Program-made: the position numbers and the translations under genes
Notes under the pieces: model-generated
Databases searched by the model: none
The model's input: the letters and a program-made list of their open reading frames with translations, nothing else
Told to the model about the DNA's origin: nothing
Shown here: positions 28,743-39,399 of the stretch, one piece after another
Layout: the number at the start of each line of letters is the position of its first letter
Numbering within the stretch: position 1 is the first letter of the stretch
Assembly: GCA_964524945.1 (NCBI GenBank)
Contig: CAZGFN010000004.1
Location: 5,581-69,580 of the forward strand
Length of the DNA stretch: 64,000 nucleotides
Source: an uncultured Isosphaeraceae bacterium
GTDB lineage: Bacteria; Planctomycetota; Phycisphaerae; Phycisphaerales; SM1A02
Reading direction: 5' to 3'

Positions 28743-29492
28743 ATGACGATTGGTGGCAAGGTGATTCTGTTGGGCTTTGGTGGGGCGGTCATTCTCTTGG
28801 TGGTACTTTTTGGTGGTGAGCCAGCAATCGGTCAGGCTGCGGCGATCGTCGCGGTGGATCCGATGCCATCGACTTCCGCCGTGGCGACTGCTCGCATTGC
28901 ATCAACACCTATCTCCATGCCAGCGGCATCATCAGTCTCGGCACAGACACAAACGGCGACAGCCATGGCTGCCCCACTGAAACCGGCTGTGAAGAAGCAT
29001 GACGACTCGGTCATCGAAATGGGGAAACCCATCCCTTCACTGCTTGAGGGCAAGCCCGTGCCTGTGACGACACGCGCGGTCACTCAGTTCGTATCGACCC
29101 AACTGACCGAATCGAGTCCCCCTAGCACCGTCACCATTGGGCCCGGCGACACGCTGTCAGAGATTTCGCAGCGGACGTTAGGAAGCGCCAAGAAGTGGTC
29201 GCTGTTGGTCGAGGCCAATCCAGGCCTCGATCCGAGCCGCCTTCGCATTGGTCAGACCATCAAGATTCCAGGCTTGGCAGCCGCTCCTAGGCCAGCATCG
29301 GCGGCCAACGCATCTCTCAGAGCGTCCCAGCAACGCACGTACCGAGTCGCTCAGGGCGACACCCTGACCTCAATCGCCATCGAGCACTACGGCGATGCTG
29401 ACCGCTGGGACGACGTCTTCGCAGCCAACTCCGCCACCATGAAGGGCGACCCCGACCGCCTTCGAATCGACATGGTGCTTGTGCTGCCCTAA
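28743..29492 (+). CDS. membrane-anchored protein with two LysM domains
   Basis: ATG at 28743 (MTIGGKVILLGFGGAVILLVVLF, a TM anchor). Two LysM-like modules: VTIGPGDTLSEISQRTLG...IGQTIKIP and YRVAQGDTLTSIAIEHYG... Confidence 0.8.
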   Translation: MTIGGKVILLGFGGAVILLVVLFGGEPAIGQAAAIVAVDPMPSTSAVATARIASTPISMPAASSVSAQTQTATAMAAPLKPAVKKHDDSVIEMGKPIPSLLEGKPVPVTTRAVTQFVSTQLTESSPPSTVTIGPGDTLSEISQRTLGSAKKWSLLVEANPGLDPSRLRIGQTIKIPGLAAAPRPASAANASLRASQQRTYRVAQGDTLTSIAIEHYGDADRWDDVFAANSATMKGDPDRLRIDMVLVLP

Positions 29493-29587
29493 GGGTCCGC
29501 CGATCATTCATGGGGTCATGGGGCACCGCCGCTGTCGATGCAGTGTGAAACTCACCATTCACATCGTCAAACCAGCGGCGTGAGTGC

Positions 29588-30346
29588 TCAACCAGCCTGA
29601 CAATTGCCAGCCATGCGTTCGGGGGAGAGGCTGCCGATGATGGTGGCGTCGGCGTGGGTGAGCGATTCGGTGATGGCCTGGGATGGGTCGCCGCCGTCGC
29701 GGGCATGATGGCCGCTGGCGAGCACTTTCTTGATCAGTACACCAATGCCCGCTTCGCGGGCCGAGTGCATGACGGATTCGTGGTCGCGTTGCGAGGGGTT
29801 CCAAGAACACATGAGGACATCCGCCCAGGACAGCGCCAATGCCGCTCCTTGGGGGGTCTTGCCCGACAACCCGATCGCGCGAGCCTTGCCCTGCGCTTTC
29901 AATGACTTGAGCGTCTCGATGAGATCGGTCTCCTGCTGAATCCACTCGTCGCGTCCGTCGCTGTGAACGAGAAGGACATCTACATGGTCCGTGCGGAGGT
30001 GACGCAGTGATTCGTCCAGCGACCGACGCGCCGCGGCACCAGTAAAGTCGAACTGGCTGCGCCCCGCTTCAAATCGTTCGCCGACTTTGGTACACACGAT
30101 CAGGTTGCTGCGGCGATCAGCGATCGCCGCGCCAAGCCGCTTCTCGGCCAACCCGTAGGCTGGCGCGGTGTCAATGAACGTGATGCCCAAGTCCAACATC
30201 GCATGCACGATGTCAGTGGCCTGCTCGTCGCTGGGCAACTCAAACGCATCGGGGTACTTGACGTCCTGATTGCGGCCGAGTTTGACCGTGCCCCAACCAA
30301 TGGCACTTGTTGTCAGGCCGGTCGAGCCGAGGGGGCGGTGCTCCAT
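29588..30346 (-). CDS. aldo/keto reductase
   Basis: MEHRPLGSTGLTTSAIGWGT...FIDTAPAYG... is a typical AKR N-terminus. The ATG at 30346 has GGGAGGAG 8 nt upstream. It overlaps the 3' tail of the upstream gene by 34 nt. Confidence 0.85.
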   Translation of the reverse strand: MEHRPLGSTGLTTSAIGWGTVKLGRNQDVKYPDAFELPSDEQATDIVHAMLDLGITFIDTAPAYGLAEKRLGAAIADRRSNLIVCTKVGERFEAGRSQFDFTGAAARRSLDESLRHLRTDHVDVLLVHSDGRDEWIQQETDLIETLKSLKAQGKARAIGLSGKTPQGAALALSWADVLMCSWNPSQRDHESVMHSAREAGIGVLIKKVLASGHHARDGGDPSQAITESLTHADATIIGSLSPERMAGNCQAG

Positions 30347-31569
30347 GCGGCGATCTCCTCCCAAGGGGGGGTGGCTACGGGGGGTGTGCTTGTGGGGGGT
30401 GTGTTTGTGGGGGGTGTGTTTGTGGGGGGTGTTGGTGCGGTGTGTTTGACTCGTTGTGGAATACGCTCAAGCAACTCGTCAACCATAAGTGGCGTGAGTG
30501 CGAGTTTGGTCGGCCAGGCCGTCAGAATCTCACCTTCTTGCACGATGCCAGGAAGATCGGGGCGGTGCCCATCGGTCACGGCGTGCTCGGCTCGGGGCGC
30601 TTCGTAGGTGCTCCACTCGAACGCATCGATGTTCACACTAGGTAACGCGGTCCGGATTGCTGCGATGGCTTCTTTGATGGTCTCAGACTCGGTCAACACG
30701 CTTCCATGCTCGGCGACGTCGCCGCCGATCTGCCACACGATCTGGCCTTGGGTATCGGTGGTGCTGGTGATGGTCAGGAAGGGTGCGGCTCGACGAATGC
30801 AGTGGCCGTTGAGAATCGCGCCGGTGTTGCGAGCAAGCACCATCCGAAGCGGGCGAGTCTGCATGGCCGTGCTGTCAAGGCCCGCCATCGTTCGAAGGGC
30901 GCCATTGCCGCCCCCTGCAGTCAACACGAGTTGGCGGGCGCGGTACTCGCGTCCGTCCGTGGTGGTGAGCATGACATCGGTGTGCGTGTGCGCAATCTCG
31001 CTGATGTCGGCGTGGTGGAGCCGGGGCGTATGTCTGTCAGCAAGCACTTTGAGCATGCTCGCCGGCTCCAGCACGGGCTCGGCCATTGTGAGCACCTGCC
31101 CAGACACATCACGTAGTACGTCGGGCCGCTCGCCGGGCAGCACCTTTTGGGGGTGCGTGCGGAGGGCGAGTTTGGCGCCCATCAGCCCCAGCAGTGATGT
31201 CGCCGATCCGGTGGACCACACATGGCAGGAGGGCGCGCGGAGGGTAACCCCTCGCAAATCAGTCTCGCCTTGGCCTGCAAGCATGGCTCGCCACCGATCG
31301 GGCATGTCTCGCACGGCCCGCGAAGCGGCGCTTGCTCGTCCACCCAGCGCGTACTTGAGACCGCCGTGGATGATGCCTTGGCTCTGAATGGTCTGGCCGC
31401 AGCCCAAGGCTTGACGCTCGATCAGGCAGACCGAATCGCCGCGTGTGTGCAGCCGGTCCAAGAGCATCAAGCCGGCGATGCCTCCGCCAATGATGAGGAC
31501 ATCGTGGGTTGGTGTGGGTGAGGTGGGCGGCACGATGCATATGGTCGAGCCGGGGCCCGCGCACGTCAA
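30313..31569 (-). CDS. FAD-dependent oxidoreductase (DAO/GlpD-like) with Pro/Thr repeat tail
   Basis: Dinucleotide-binding motif DVLIIGGGIAGL near the N-terminus. The C-terminal tail is ...APTPPTNTPPTNTPPTSTPPVATPP, encoded by the tandem repeat. Confidence 0.8.
   Translation of the reverse strand: MTCAGPGSTICIVPPTSPTPTHDVLIIGGGIAGLMLLDRLHTRGDSVCLIERQALGCGQTIQSQGIIHGGLKYALGGRASAASRAVRDMPDRWRAMLAGQGETDLRGVTLRAPSCHVWSTGSATSLLGLMGAKLALRTHPQKVLPGERPDVLRDVSGQVLTMAEPVLEPASMLKVLADRHTPRLHHADISEIAHTHTDVMLTTTDGREYRARQLVLTAGGGNGALRTMAGLDSTAMQTRPLRMVLARNTGAILNGHCIRRAAPFLTITSTTDTQGQIVWQIGGDVAEHGSVLTESETIKEAIAAIRTALPSVNIDAFEWSTYEAPRAEHAVTDGHRPDLPGIVQEGEILTAWPTKLALTPLMVDELLERIPQRVKHTAPTPPTNTPPTNTPPTSTPPVATPPWEEIAAWSTAPSARPA
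30379..30436. repeat. 15-bp tandem repeat, about 4 copies (GGGGGGTGTG[C/T]TTGT on + strand)
   Basis: Read directly: ggggggtgtgcttgt ggggggtgtgtttgt ggggggtgtgtttgt ggggggtgttggtgc. It encodes the PPTNT repeats of 30313..31569 on the minus strand and lies just upstream of the AKR start. Confidence 0.85.
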
Positions 31570-31655
31570 CTCGGGTCGGTCAGCGGGCAGGGCCTGCCAT
31601 GCATCGAAAGAGTGGTATCGTGCGTCTCTTGGCCGGCAGCGGCAGAAAGGTTTGC

Positions 31656-32708
31656 ATGATGCGACATACGGCAGTGCTCATCCCAGGCGATGGCATTGGT
31701 CCTGAGGTGGCTGAGGCAACCTGTCTTGTGATGGCCGAGGCTGGCGCTCAGATCGACTGGGAGACCCATCATGCCGGCCTCGGGGCGGTCGAGCGTGGGG
31801 CAACCGAGACGTTACCTGTCGCCACGATCGAGGCTGTCCAGCGGTGCCGCGTGGCCCTGAAGGGGCCATGCACGACGCCAGTGGGCGAGGGTTTTACGTC
31901 CGTCAACGTGGCCCTTCGCAAGCGATTGGACCTCTTTGGTGCGGTGCGTCCCGTGCGGAGCCTCGATGGGGTGCACACGCGATATAGCGATCCGGGCGTC
32001 GATTTGGTTGTCGTCCGCGAGAATACCGAGGGCCTGTACTCGGGCATCGAGAACCTTATTACCCAGGGCGTTGTCACGAGTTTGAAGGTTGTCACCGAAA
32101 AGGCTAGCCGTCGCATCGCCAAGTTCGCCTTTGAGTACGCCCTCGCCCGAGGTCGCAAGAAGGTGACGGTCCTGCACAAGGCCAACATCATGAAACTCGG
32201 CGACGGGCTGTTTCTTCGATGCTGCCGCGAGGTGGCTGGGGACTATGCAGGCCAAGTGGACTACGACGAAGTGATCATCGATGCGGGCAGCATGCGCATC
32301 GTGCAGCGACCCGAACAATTCGATGTACTCTTGTGTGAGAATCTCTACGGCGATGTGATGAGCGATCTGTGCGCCGGACTGGTGGGCGGCCTTGGCTGCA
32401 CACCTGGCGCGAACTTTGGGGGCGATCGGTGTGCTGTGTTTGAGGCAGTTCATGGCTCGGCGCCCGATATTGCGGGGCAGGGTGTTGCCAATCCGTTGGC
32501 GCTTATCATGAGCAGTGTGATGATGCTGCGACACATGGCCGACTCAGCCTGCGATCCCCATTGCGTTGATGTGGCCGATCGTATTCGTGATGGATACAAC
32601 GCGGCGCTCGTGGCGGGGTGCCAAACGCGGGATCTCGGTGGCGATCTGGGCACGATGGACTTTGCCCGTGCGGTGGTTGAGCATCTTCCGGCCTTGGCTG
32701 GAGAATAG
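31656..32708 (+). CDS. isocitrate dehydrogenase, NAD-dependent type (isocitrate/isopropylmalate dehydrogenase family)
   Basis: LIPGDGIGPEV, KGP..TPVGEGF.S.NVALRK.LDLF..VRP, VRENTEGLY, HKANIMK..DGLF, NLYGD..SD. ATG at 31656 with GAAAGG upstream. Confidence 0.9.
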   Translation: MMRHTAVLIPGDGIGPEVAEATCLVMAEAGAQIDWETHHAGLGAVERGATETLPVATIEAVQRCRVALKGPCTTPVGEGFTSVNVALRKRLDLFGAVRPVRSLDGVHTRYSDPGVDLVVVRENTEGLYSGIENLITQGVVTSLKVVTEKASRRIAKFAFEYALARGRKKVTVLHKANIMKLGDGLFLRCCREVAGDYAGQVDYDEVIIDAGSMRIVQRPEQFDVLLCENLYGDVMSDLCAGLVGGLGCTPGANFGGDRCAVFEAVHGSAPDIAGQGVANPLALIMSSVMMLRHMADSACDPHCVDVADRIRDGYNAALVAGCQTRDLGGDLGTMDFARAVVEHLPALAGE

Positions 32709-32715
32709 AGGCGAT

Positions 32716-33561
32716 ATGGTCACTGAGTGGGAATTTCCAGGAAGCGACGATCTCCCCATTCGAGGCAGTACGCACCTGCCCGATGGCGACGCGCGGGGCG
32801 TGGTGGTCATCGTGCACGGCTACATGGGCTTTAAGGACTACGGCATGTTTCCGTGGTTGGCCGCTCGGATGTGCGAGCAGGGCTTTATCGTGCATCGCAT
32901 CAATCTGGCGCACTCGGGCATGGACCACGGGCAAGGACTATTTAATGATGACGCATTTCGCCGCGGCACGTGGTCGAGCGCCGTATCGGACATTCTTCGC
33001 GTCGTAGGCGCGGTGCAGCAAGGGGTACTTGCCGGACAAGGCTTGGGACTGGTGCTGCTTGGGCACAGTCGCGGCGGCTCGTCATGCCTACTGACGGCTG
33101 GGAGCCATGGTCGCGACGAATTGATGCAAATGGTGTGCGGTGTGATTTCGCTGAGCGCGCCCAGTTCGCTGCGACGCTTCAGCGAAGAAGCGCTGGCCCA
33201 ACTTGGACGAGGTGAGGTCTTCGAACTCGCATCGAGTCGAACGGGGCAGACTCTGCATGTTGATCCGATTTGGCTGTACGAGCAGGACAACGACTCGGAC
33301 GCACACGATCTGCCAGCCCGTGTCGGCGAGATCATCGTGCCGGTGGTGGTGATTCACGGAGCTGAGGACCCGACGGTGCCGCCGAGCGATGCGGTGAGTC
33401 TGGCGTCGGCCAACCCATCGCGAGTGTGGGTCCACATCGTCGAGCATGGCGATCACGTATTTAACACGCCCAACCCCTTTGCTCCCACGGCCGACCCGTC
33501 ACCGGAACTGGCCGATGCGTGGTGGGAGATCGATCGGACGCTCGGGGTGTGGTTCTCGTAG
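32716..33561 (+). CDS. alpha/beta-fold hydrolase
   Basis: Nucleophile elbow LLGHSRGGS, an oxyanion region VVIVHGYMGF and a late HG..D / GDH triad region. The ATG at 32716 follows the IDH stop. Confidence 0.8.
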   Translation: MVTEWEFPGSDDLPIRGSTHLPDGDARGVVVIVHGYMGFKDYGMFPWLAARMCEQGFIVHRINLAHSGMDHGQGLFNDDAFRRGTWSSAVSDILRVVGAVQQGVLAGQGLGLVLLGHSRGGSSCLLTAGSHGRDELMQMVCGVISLSAPSSLRRFSEEALAQLGRGEVFELASSRTGQTLHVDPIWLYEQDNDSDAHDLPARVGEIIVPVVVIHGAEDPTVPPSDAVSLASANPSRVWVHIVEHGDHVFNTPNPFAPTADPSPELADAWWEIDRTLGVWFS

Positions 33562-33656
33562 CGATGCGTATGTGCTTTGAAAGTAGTAGGCCACCCGCGG
33601 CGAAGGAAGGCGGCGCAGAACAAAGCCGCCAAACGCACGCCCACATCTTGGCATCG

Positions 33657-36600
33657 CTATGTTGACACGGACTCGGACATTTCTGCCGCGGCTTGGGTGG
33701 TCTCGATCAAGGGGGCCTCAGAGGCGGTGTCGGTTTGCTGTTCTTCGCTGGCACGCTCAGTAGCCGACTTGCTGATGCGGCCGCCGTCTCCGACTTCATC
33801 GACCCGTACCGTCACTCGCTTGGATACGCCTCGCTGTGGTTGAGTAACACCATAGAGCCGGTCGCAGGCGAGCATCGACTGCTTGTTGTGCGTGATGATG
33901 ATGAAGTGGCTCTTGTCGAGGAACTGATCGATCGTAGCGCAGAATCGATTGACGTTGGCGTCATCGAGCGCGGCATCAACTTCGTCGAGAATACAGAAGG
34001 GGGCCGGGCGTGATTTAAAGATCGCCAGCAGCAAGGCCACGGCGGTCATTGTTTTCTCGCCGCCAGACAACTGATTGATGACGCGGGGTTCCTTGCCAGG
34101 GGGCTTGGCTTTGATCTCAATGCCCGACTCGAGCATGTCCACTCGGCCATTCTCGTCTTCGACAAGATAGAGATCGGCACTTCCGCCGCCGAATAGTTGG
34201 CGGAACATGCCTTGTGGACCAGCGAAGTGGGATTTGACAGCCTCGAACGTTTCAGCAAAGCGAGTCTTGCTTGCGTCTTCCAACTCGGTGATAAGCGATT
34301 CCAACTGCTCGCGGGCCGTATCGATGTCCGCAACTTGCGAGATGAGGTCTTCGTTTCGCTGGTCGAGGTTGTGCTCCTCCTCGATCGAGTCGAGGTTTAC
34401 ATTGCCAAGCGACTTGATCTCGCTGCGAAGTCGGTCGATTTCGGTCTGAGATGCCTCACAGTCGATGGCGTCTGCTTGTGGATCACGTTCAGCCTTCCAC
34501 TGCGAAATGGCAGTCGGCAAGTCAAGGCTGAGTTCTTCTACGACACGTTCTTCGAGATTCTCGCGGTTGATCTCGGCTTCGCGGCGACTTAACTCCAAGG
34601 CGTGGTGGTCACGCTCAAGGATCTTGTTTCGGCGCTGCCCCTCAGTTAATTCTGCAGCTGCTTGGGTGACGGAACGAGTCGCTGTTTCCAAGGCAGCTTC
34701 GACGCTGGCCATGTCCCGCTGGGCTTGATCGTGAGCGTGGGTGTCGGCGCGAAGCTGGGCTGTGGCCGACTCAATGGCGGCGGCATGCTGGTCGAGCTGA
34801 CTGGTGCGGCGGGCGAGTTGCTCGCGGAGGGCCGTGCAGCGGTCTTCAGTTTCGTCGGCGGCGGCCTTGACATGTCTGGCTTCACGCAAGCATGACTGAT
34901 GCTGTTCTGAGAGCTTGCCTAGTTCGACGCGGTGACCAGCGCACGCCTCCTGTGCGCCGTGCTGGTTGGCTCTGGCCGTTTCCAAGGCGGACTCGGCTTC
35001 TTCAATGACCAACTCGTGTTCCGCTAGTTGTGAGGTGGTTTCTTCGACCTCGTGTTGCTGCTGGGTCTGCTGGGTCGTTAGTTCATTCGAACGTTCTTGC
35101 AGGTCACGCTGCTCGGCATCGAGTTCACGACGCTGGCGTTCATGTCGATCGATGTCTGCTTCGATGCCCTGCAAGGCGTACTCAAGATCGACCACCCGGT
35201 TGCTTGCGGCTTGCAGTTGTTCGGCGGCATCGCGGCGACGTTGATCGGCTTGCGTGGAGGCCTCTCGCATATTCGTGAGATCGCGGTCGAGTGAACTGAT
35301 GCGGATATCGTGGCCGGCGACGGTCGCTTCGAGTTCTTCCATTTCCATGCGGCGGGAAATCCAACCGCCCGCCGCTGGACGACCAATGCGAATTCGGCCA
35401 TCGGCTTCGACGACCTGCCCGCTGCGAGCGGCGACCCGCCAGCCGCTGCTCGCCATGACTGCAGCATCTTGGAAGGAATCAACCACCAGCGTGCGGCCAA
35501 GCAGACGCTTGGCAACACCCCTGGCATGCGAGGCGACGTTGAGTATGTCCAGGACGCATTGTGCACCCTCAGGAAGCGGTGCGGATGTATCAGTGCCTGC
35601 TGCGTCGTCGGCCACGGCGATGACCAAACTGAGCGACTCGCGGCTGCACCATTCGATCAGACGCTGGGCGGCCTGAGCATTGGATACCAGTACGACTTCG
35701 AGGTCGCGACCAAGAATTGTCTCGACCAGTGTGGCGTGCTCACGGGATGTGTTGATGGCATCGCCCAAGACGCCAAGCACATCGTCGCCGCCTTCATCGA
35801 GCACACGTTTGACATCGTCTCCAAGGCCTTCGTGAGCGTGCTGCATTTCATCAAGCAAGTGCAGCCGAGAACCGACTGCGGCCCGCTCGTGCCGAACATC
35901 GGCCAGTGCGTCTGCAACGGAATTAGTTCGCTGGCCAAGTTCAGTGGCGTCATCGTCGTGGCGACGAAGATCATGTTCGGAAGACTCGACGGATTGGCGT
36001 GCCCCGTCAAGTGATTGGCGACTGTCGCTTCGTCTTCCGCGAGCTTCTTCGGTGGCCGTGGAGTTGGTGGCGATACGCTCGTGTGTTCGTTCTAGCGACT
36101 CGCTGACAGCACTGAGGCGATCAGCGGTGGTCTCGACACGTGTGCGGGCTGCGGCGTGGGCTGCGGCGATATCATCGCGTTGTCCTCTAGCACTGCGAAA
36201 TGACTCGGCTCGGGCGTCCACCGTGTGGCTGGCCATCGCGGCAGCATCGGCCAGAGTCGCGGTTGCTGCTTCGGCGACATCGACGGCGGTGCTGGCCTCG
36301 GTCGCTTCTCGGTAGAGCTGCTCTACTTGGTCACGGACCTCTGCAAGACGACGTTCCAGTTCGGTCAGTTCGGTGCGGTCCGATTCGATCTGTTCGGAGG
36401 TTTCCGCATGCTGGTGCCGCGTGAGTTCGATTCGCTGGTTTGCTTGCTCGATACGAGATGAATGCTCGCCGGCAATGCGTTCGAGTTCGCGGTGCCTCGT
36501 GTCGTGTTCGTGCGCGGAGATTTCGGCATCTTGCTTGGCTTCTTCAAGAGTAGCCAGCGCGTCTTCGAGTATCCGACGCTGAGCCGCAAGGTCGGTTAGT

Positions 36601-37373
36601 CGGCTGGTCAAACCCATCAAGCGTTCTTGTAATTCGTCGAATTGGTCAAAGGCCAAATCGCGCCGAAGCGTGCGGTACTGATCGTCGAGATCCTTGAATG
36701 CGCGAGCCTTTTTTGCCTGCCCGCGAACCATTCGCAAGCGACGTTCGGTGTTGTTGAGTTGTTCGCGTACACGAACGAGATTGACTTCGGTTCGTTCGAG
36801 CTTGCGTTGCGATTCGAGTCGGCGCACTTTGAATTTAGCAACCCCTGCGGCTTCTTCGAGAATCGTGCGGCGTTCGATTGGGCTTGCTTGCAAGATGGCC
36901 GAGACGCGGCCCTGTTCGATGATGCAGTACGCGGCGTTGCCGATGCCTGTGTCGAGGAAGAGGTCTTTGATGTCCTTGAGTCGCACCTTGTGATCGTTGA
37001 TCAGGTACTCACTGCGGCCATCGCGATACAGACGTCGCGACACGGCGACTTCATCCATGTCCACCTGCAGGCCGCGGCGATCTTCCGGGAGTCGCGCGTT
37101 GGGATTGGTGATTGGGTTGGCAAAGGTCAGTGTGACTGATGCCATGCCCAGAGGCTTGCGCCCGGCCGAGCCAGCGAATATGACGTCAAGCATGGCGCCA
37201 CCACGAAGGCTCTTGGCCGATCGTTCACCGAGCACCCATTTGACGGCGTCGACAACATTGGACTTGCCGCACCCATTGGGGCCGACAATTCCCACTTTCG
37301 GCTCATCGAACCGAAAGTCAACGGTGTCTGCGAAGGACTTGAATCCGGAAACAGTGACCTTGGTCAAACGCAT
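33657..37373 (-). CDS. smc: chromosome segregation protein SMC
   Basis: [16 protein letters not shown]...GPNGCGKSN (Walker A), long coiled coils around a hinge, and C-terminal [16 protein letters not shown]...[15 protein letters not shown] at 37373; the track ORF extends to 37445. Confidence 0.95.
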   Translation of the reverse strand: MRLTKVTVSGFKSFADTVDFRFDEPKVGIVGPNGCGKSNVVDAVKWVLGERSAKSLRGGAMLDVIFAGSAGRKPLGMASVTLTFANPITNPNARLPEDRRGLQVDMDEVAVSRRLYRDGRSEYLINDHKVRLKDIKDLFLDTGIGNAAYCIIEQGRVSAILQASPIERRTILEEAAGVAKFKVRRLESQRKLERTEVNLVRVREQLNNTERRLRMVRGQAKKARAFKDLDDQYRTLRRDLAFDQFDELQERLMGLTSRLTDLAAQRRILEDALATLEEAKQDAEISAHEHDTRHRELERIAGEHSSRIEQANQRIELTRHQHAETSEQIESDRTELTELERRLAEVRDQVEQLYREATEASTAVDVAEAATATLADAAAMASHTVDARAESFRSARGQRDDIAAAHAAARTRVETTADRLSAVSESLERTHERIATNSTATEEARGRRSDSRQSLDGARQSVESSEHDLRRHDDDATELGQRTNSVADALADVRHERAAVGSRLHLLDEMQHAHEGLGDDVKRVLDEGGDDVLGVLGDAINTSREHATLVETILGRDLEVVLVSNAQAAQRLIEWCSRESLSLVIAVADDAAGTDTSAPLPEGAQCVLDILNVASHARGVAKRLLGRTLVVDSFQDAAVMASSGWRVAARSGQVVEADGRIRIGRPAAGGWISRRMEMEELEATVAGHDIRISSLDRDLTNMREASTQADQRRRDAAEQLQAASNRVVDLEYALQGIEADIDRHERQRRELDAEQRDLQERSNELTTQQTQQQHEVEETTSQLAEHELVIEEAESALETARANQHGAQEACAGHRVELGKLSEQHQSCLREARHVKAAADETEDRCTALREQLARRTSQLDQHAAAIESATAQLRADTHAHDQAQRDMASVEAALETATRSVTQAAAELTEGQRRNKILERDHHALELSRREAEINRENLEERVVEELSLDLPTAISQWKAERDPQADAIDCEASQTEIDRLRSEIKSLGNVNLDSIEEEHNLDQRNEDLISQVADIDTAREQLESLITELEDASKTRFAETFEAVKSHFAGPQGMFRQLFGGGSADLYLVEDENGRVDMLESGIEIKAKPPGKEPRVINQLSGGEKTMTAVALLLAIFKSRPAPFCILDEVDAALDDANVNRFCATIDQFLDKSHFIIITHNKQSMLACDRLYGVTQPQRGVSKRVTVRVDEVGDGGRISKSATERASEEQQTDTASEAPLIETTQAAAEMSESVST

Positions 37374-37551
37374 GGGCGATGCGGGCCTCCTTGCCCGAGT
37401 CCACCGGCTTCCAGCCAGTGGCCACACTGATTTCAGCCTTGGCAACTCAGGCCGTGCTGGGTCGGGACAATTCCAACCGTGTGGTGGCTCCCACTATAGG
37501 TCGTTCAGACGGGTATTGATACGCCAGTTTAGGTGGGTCCACACTCAAAAA

Positions 37552-39384
37552 TCAGGGTGTTTGGGCTGCTGGGGCGGTGCTGAACTCCGGCCGCGGGCGG
37601 TAGGTGGACAGAGCACCTGCCCGTCGCAACTCGGCCATGGCTCGATCTTGCTCGGCCTTGAAGTCCACTGGGAGGAATCCCGCCGACCAGATGCCGTGCA
37701 GGGTGCCCACCACGCGGCTGTAGGGCAGATCCAGGCCGGGCAAGGGGTCTTGGACCGTCGGGGTGTGGGACAGAAGCAGTATGAACTCCTGCAGGTCGGG
37801 CGAAATGCGATCAATGATCATGCTGCCGCCAGGTCCGGTTCGCGACAACACCTCGATGGTGTCATCCTCGGCGACGTCCTTGATGATGATCTCGTTGTCC
37901 CATAGCCCAAGCGTGATGGGCCGATCGATCTGCAGATCTTCGCCAAAGATCACGATGCGCGGTTCCTTGGTCTGGGTGACGTAGATCGTGGAGTAACTCG
38001 AGGGGACTTCGTGCAGGGCAAATCGGTCGCCCACCATGCTGCGGCGAACCAGTCCGCTGCCACGGCGTTCGAGTGCCTCGTAGGCGCGGAATCGCACTTC
38101 AATATCCTCATCATCGAGCAATTTCCGAAGGGCGTTGTCGGACCGAGGTTCGCGAGGAAGCGTCGCTAGCAGGTGCGCCGACTCAAGTCGTTCGGCCAGC
38201 AGGCTCGAGCGGGTCATTTCTCTGAGGTGCTCACCGACCTGTGGATCACCTAGGTCCGCGCCCGCTCGCAGCGCGGCCAATCGCGGTCCTTGTTCGGGAA
38301 AGTCGTACAAGGCTTGCACGGCCGGGAGGGCCGAAGGCCCCAGTGCCACCCACCGCCAGTACGCCGTCGAAGCTCCGGAGGGGTCTTTGATCAGGGAGCG
38401 GCGGATGGAGTCAGCGATGCGGTCGATGTCGACCTGTCGCACCGTGACGTGTTGCAGGATGCGAACGAATCGGTCGGGGTCGCTGCGATAGGACGGCGGA
38501 ATTGTGATCTGAATGATGCCATCGCTCACGCCGGTGGCCGTTTCGTGACGCTGTCCCCGCTCGATGGGGAAGCGACGGTTGATTGCGTTTTGCAGCACTC
38601 TGATACGGGTGTGACTGGGCGTATACAACTGGAGTTTGAGGGGACTGTCTTCAATGGCTTCGCCGCCATCGAGGATGCGGCCATTGCGGAGATTCAGTTC
38701 ACCTCGGGCGGCGGCTTCGTCGCTGATAAATGGATTAAGGAAGATTGGCCCACTGGCCATGGCCATGCGTCGCGCTTGCTTGCTGCCGGTGAGCAGCGGG
38801 CCTGGTCGAAGATCCGTCGAATACAACTGACCGCCTTCTAGACTGGTTGTTCCGGTTCGTGGGTCGGCGTGCACGCGGACGTCGAAGGTCGTGCCAGGTT
38901 GGATCTCGGGAAGTCGGCCCGATGCCACCGGTGGCGTGCGGGTTCGCCCGACGGCGCCTGGGGGCAGAATGGCTTCGACAATGACTACGGCGGTGTCGTC
39001 TGAGTCGAGCATGGTTTCGGGCGAAATCTGCCCAAAACCTGATCGCTCCGAGCCGATGCCGTGGCGGGTCATGATTTCCAGCATGTGCGCTCGAACATTG
39101 GGCGGGATGTCGCGTGATCCGGTGCTATCGAGACCAACCACCAAGCCATAGCCACGGACGACTGTTGGCACGTAACTGCCGCTGCTTCGGTCATCCCATC
39201 CCAGAATGCCAGTATCGGCACCGATGGTGCCGCGATGCAGTTGGTCCCGCTGCATGCCATCGAGGTCCTTGATGCTTGATCCGCCCCGAGCTCGGGGACC
39301 GGCGCGCTCAATGGGGCTACAGCCGGCCATGATCAGGCCGGTGGCGAGACAAGAGGCGATGATTGGGCGGGTTCCGATGGGCAT
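37552..39384 (-). CDS. FlgI (flagellar P-ring)-like lipoprotein fused to a helical HEAT-like repeat region
   Basis: Lipobox LIMAGC. FlgI-type N-terminal core: VRGYGLVVGLDSTGS...AVVIVEAILPP...TFDVRVHA...SLEGGQLY.T.L. The C-terminal half has HEAT-like repeats (...ALRAGADLGDP...LLDDEDIEVRFRAYEALE...). 610 aa against about 370 aa for canonical FlgI. Confidence 0.75.
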   Translation of the reverse strand: MPIGTRPIIASCLATGLIMAGCSPIERAGPRARGGSSIKDLDGMQRDQLHRGTIGADTGILGWDDRSSGSYVPTVVRGYGLVVGLDSTGSRDIPPNVRAHMLEIMTRHGIGSERSGFGQISPETMLDSDDTAVVIVEAILPPGAVGRTRTPPVASGRLPEIQPGTTFDVRVHADPRTGTTSLEGGQLYSTDLRPGPLLTGSKQARRMAMASGPIFLNPFISDEAAARGELNLRNGRILDGGEAIEDSPLKLQLYTPSHTRIRVLQNAINRRFPIERGQRHETATGVSDGIIQITIPPSYRSDPDRFVRILQHVTVRQVDIDRIADSIRRSLIKDPSGASTAYWRWVALGPSALPAVQALYDFPEQGPRLAALRAGADLGDPQVGEHLREMTRSSLLAERLESAHLLATLPREPRSDNALRKLLDDEDIEVRFRAYEALERRGSGLVRRSMVGDRFALHEVPSSYSTIYVTQTKEPRIVIFGEDLQIDRPITLGLWDNEIIIKDVAEDDTIEVLSRTGPGGSMIIDRISPDLQEFILLLSHTPTVQDPLPGLDLPYSRVVGTLHGIWSAGFLPVDFKAEQDRAMAELRRAGALSTYRPRPEFSTAPAAQTP

Positions 39385-39399
39385 GGGCGACCGAGCAGT

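Noticed and set aside
30379-30436. Tandem repeat considered as a CRISPR-like or minisatellite array
   Set aside because: The units are directly adjacent with no spacers. They are only 15 bp long and lie inside an ORF that they encode in frame. This is not a CRISPR array.
33609-33630. GGCGGC-(10 nt)-GCCGCC hairpin between the convergent hydrolase and smc genes
   Set aside because: The stem is only 6 bp and neither strand has a flanking U-tract. It is too weak to call a terminator.
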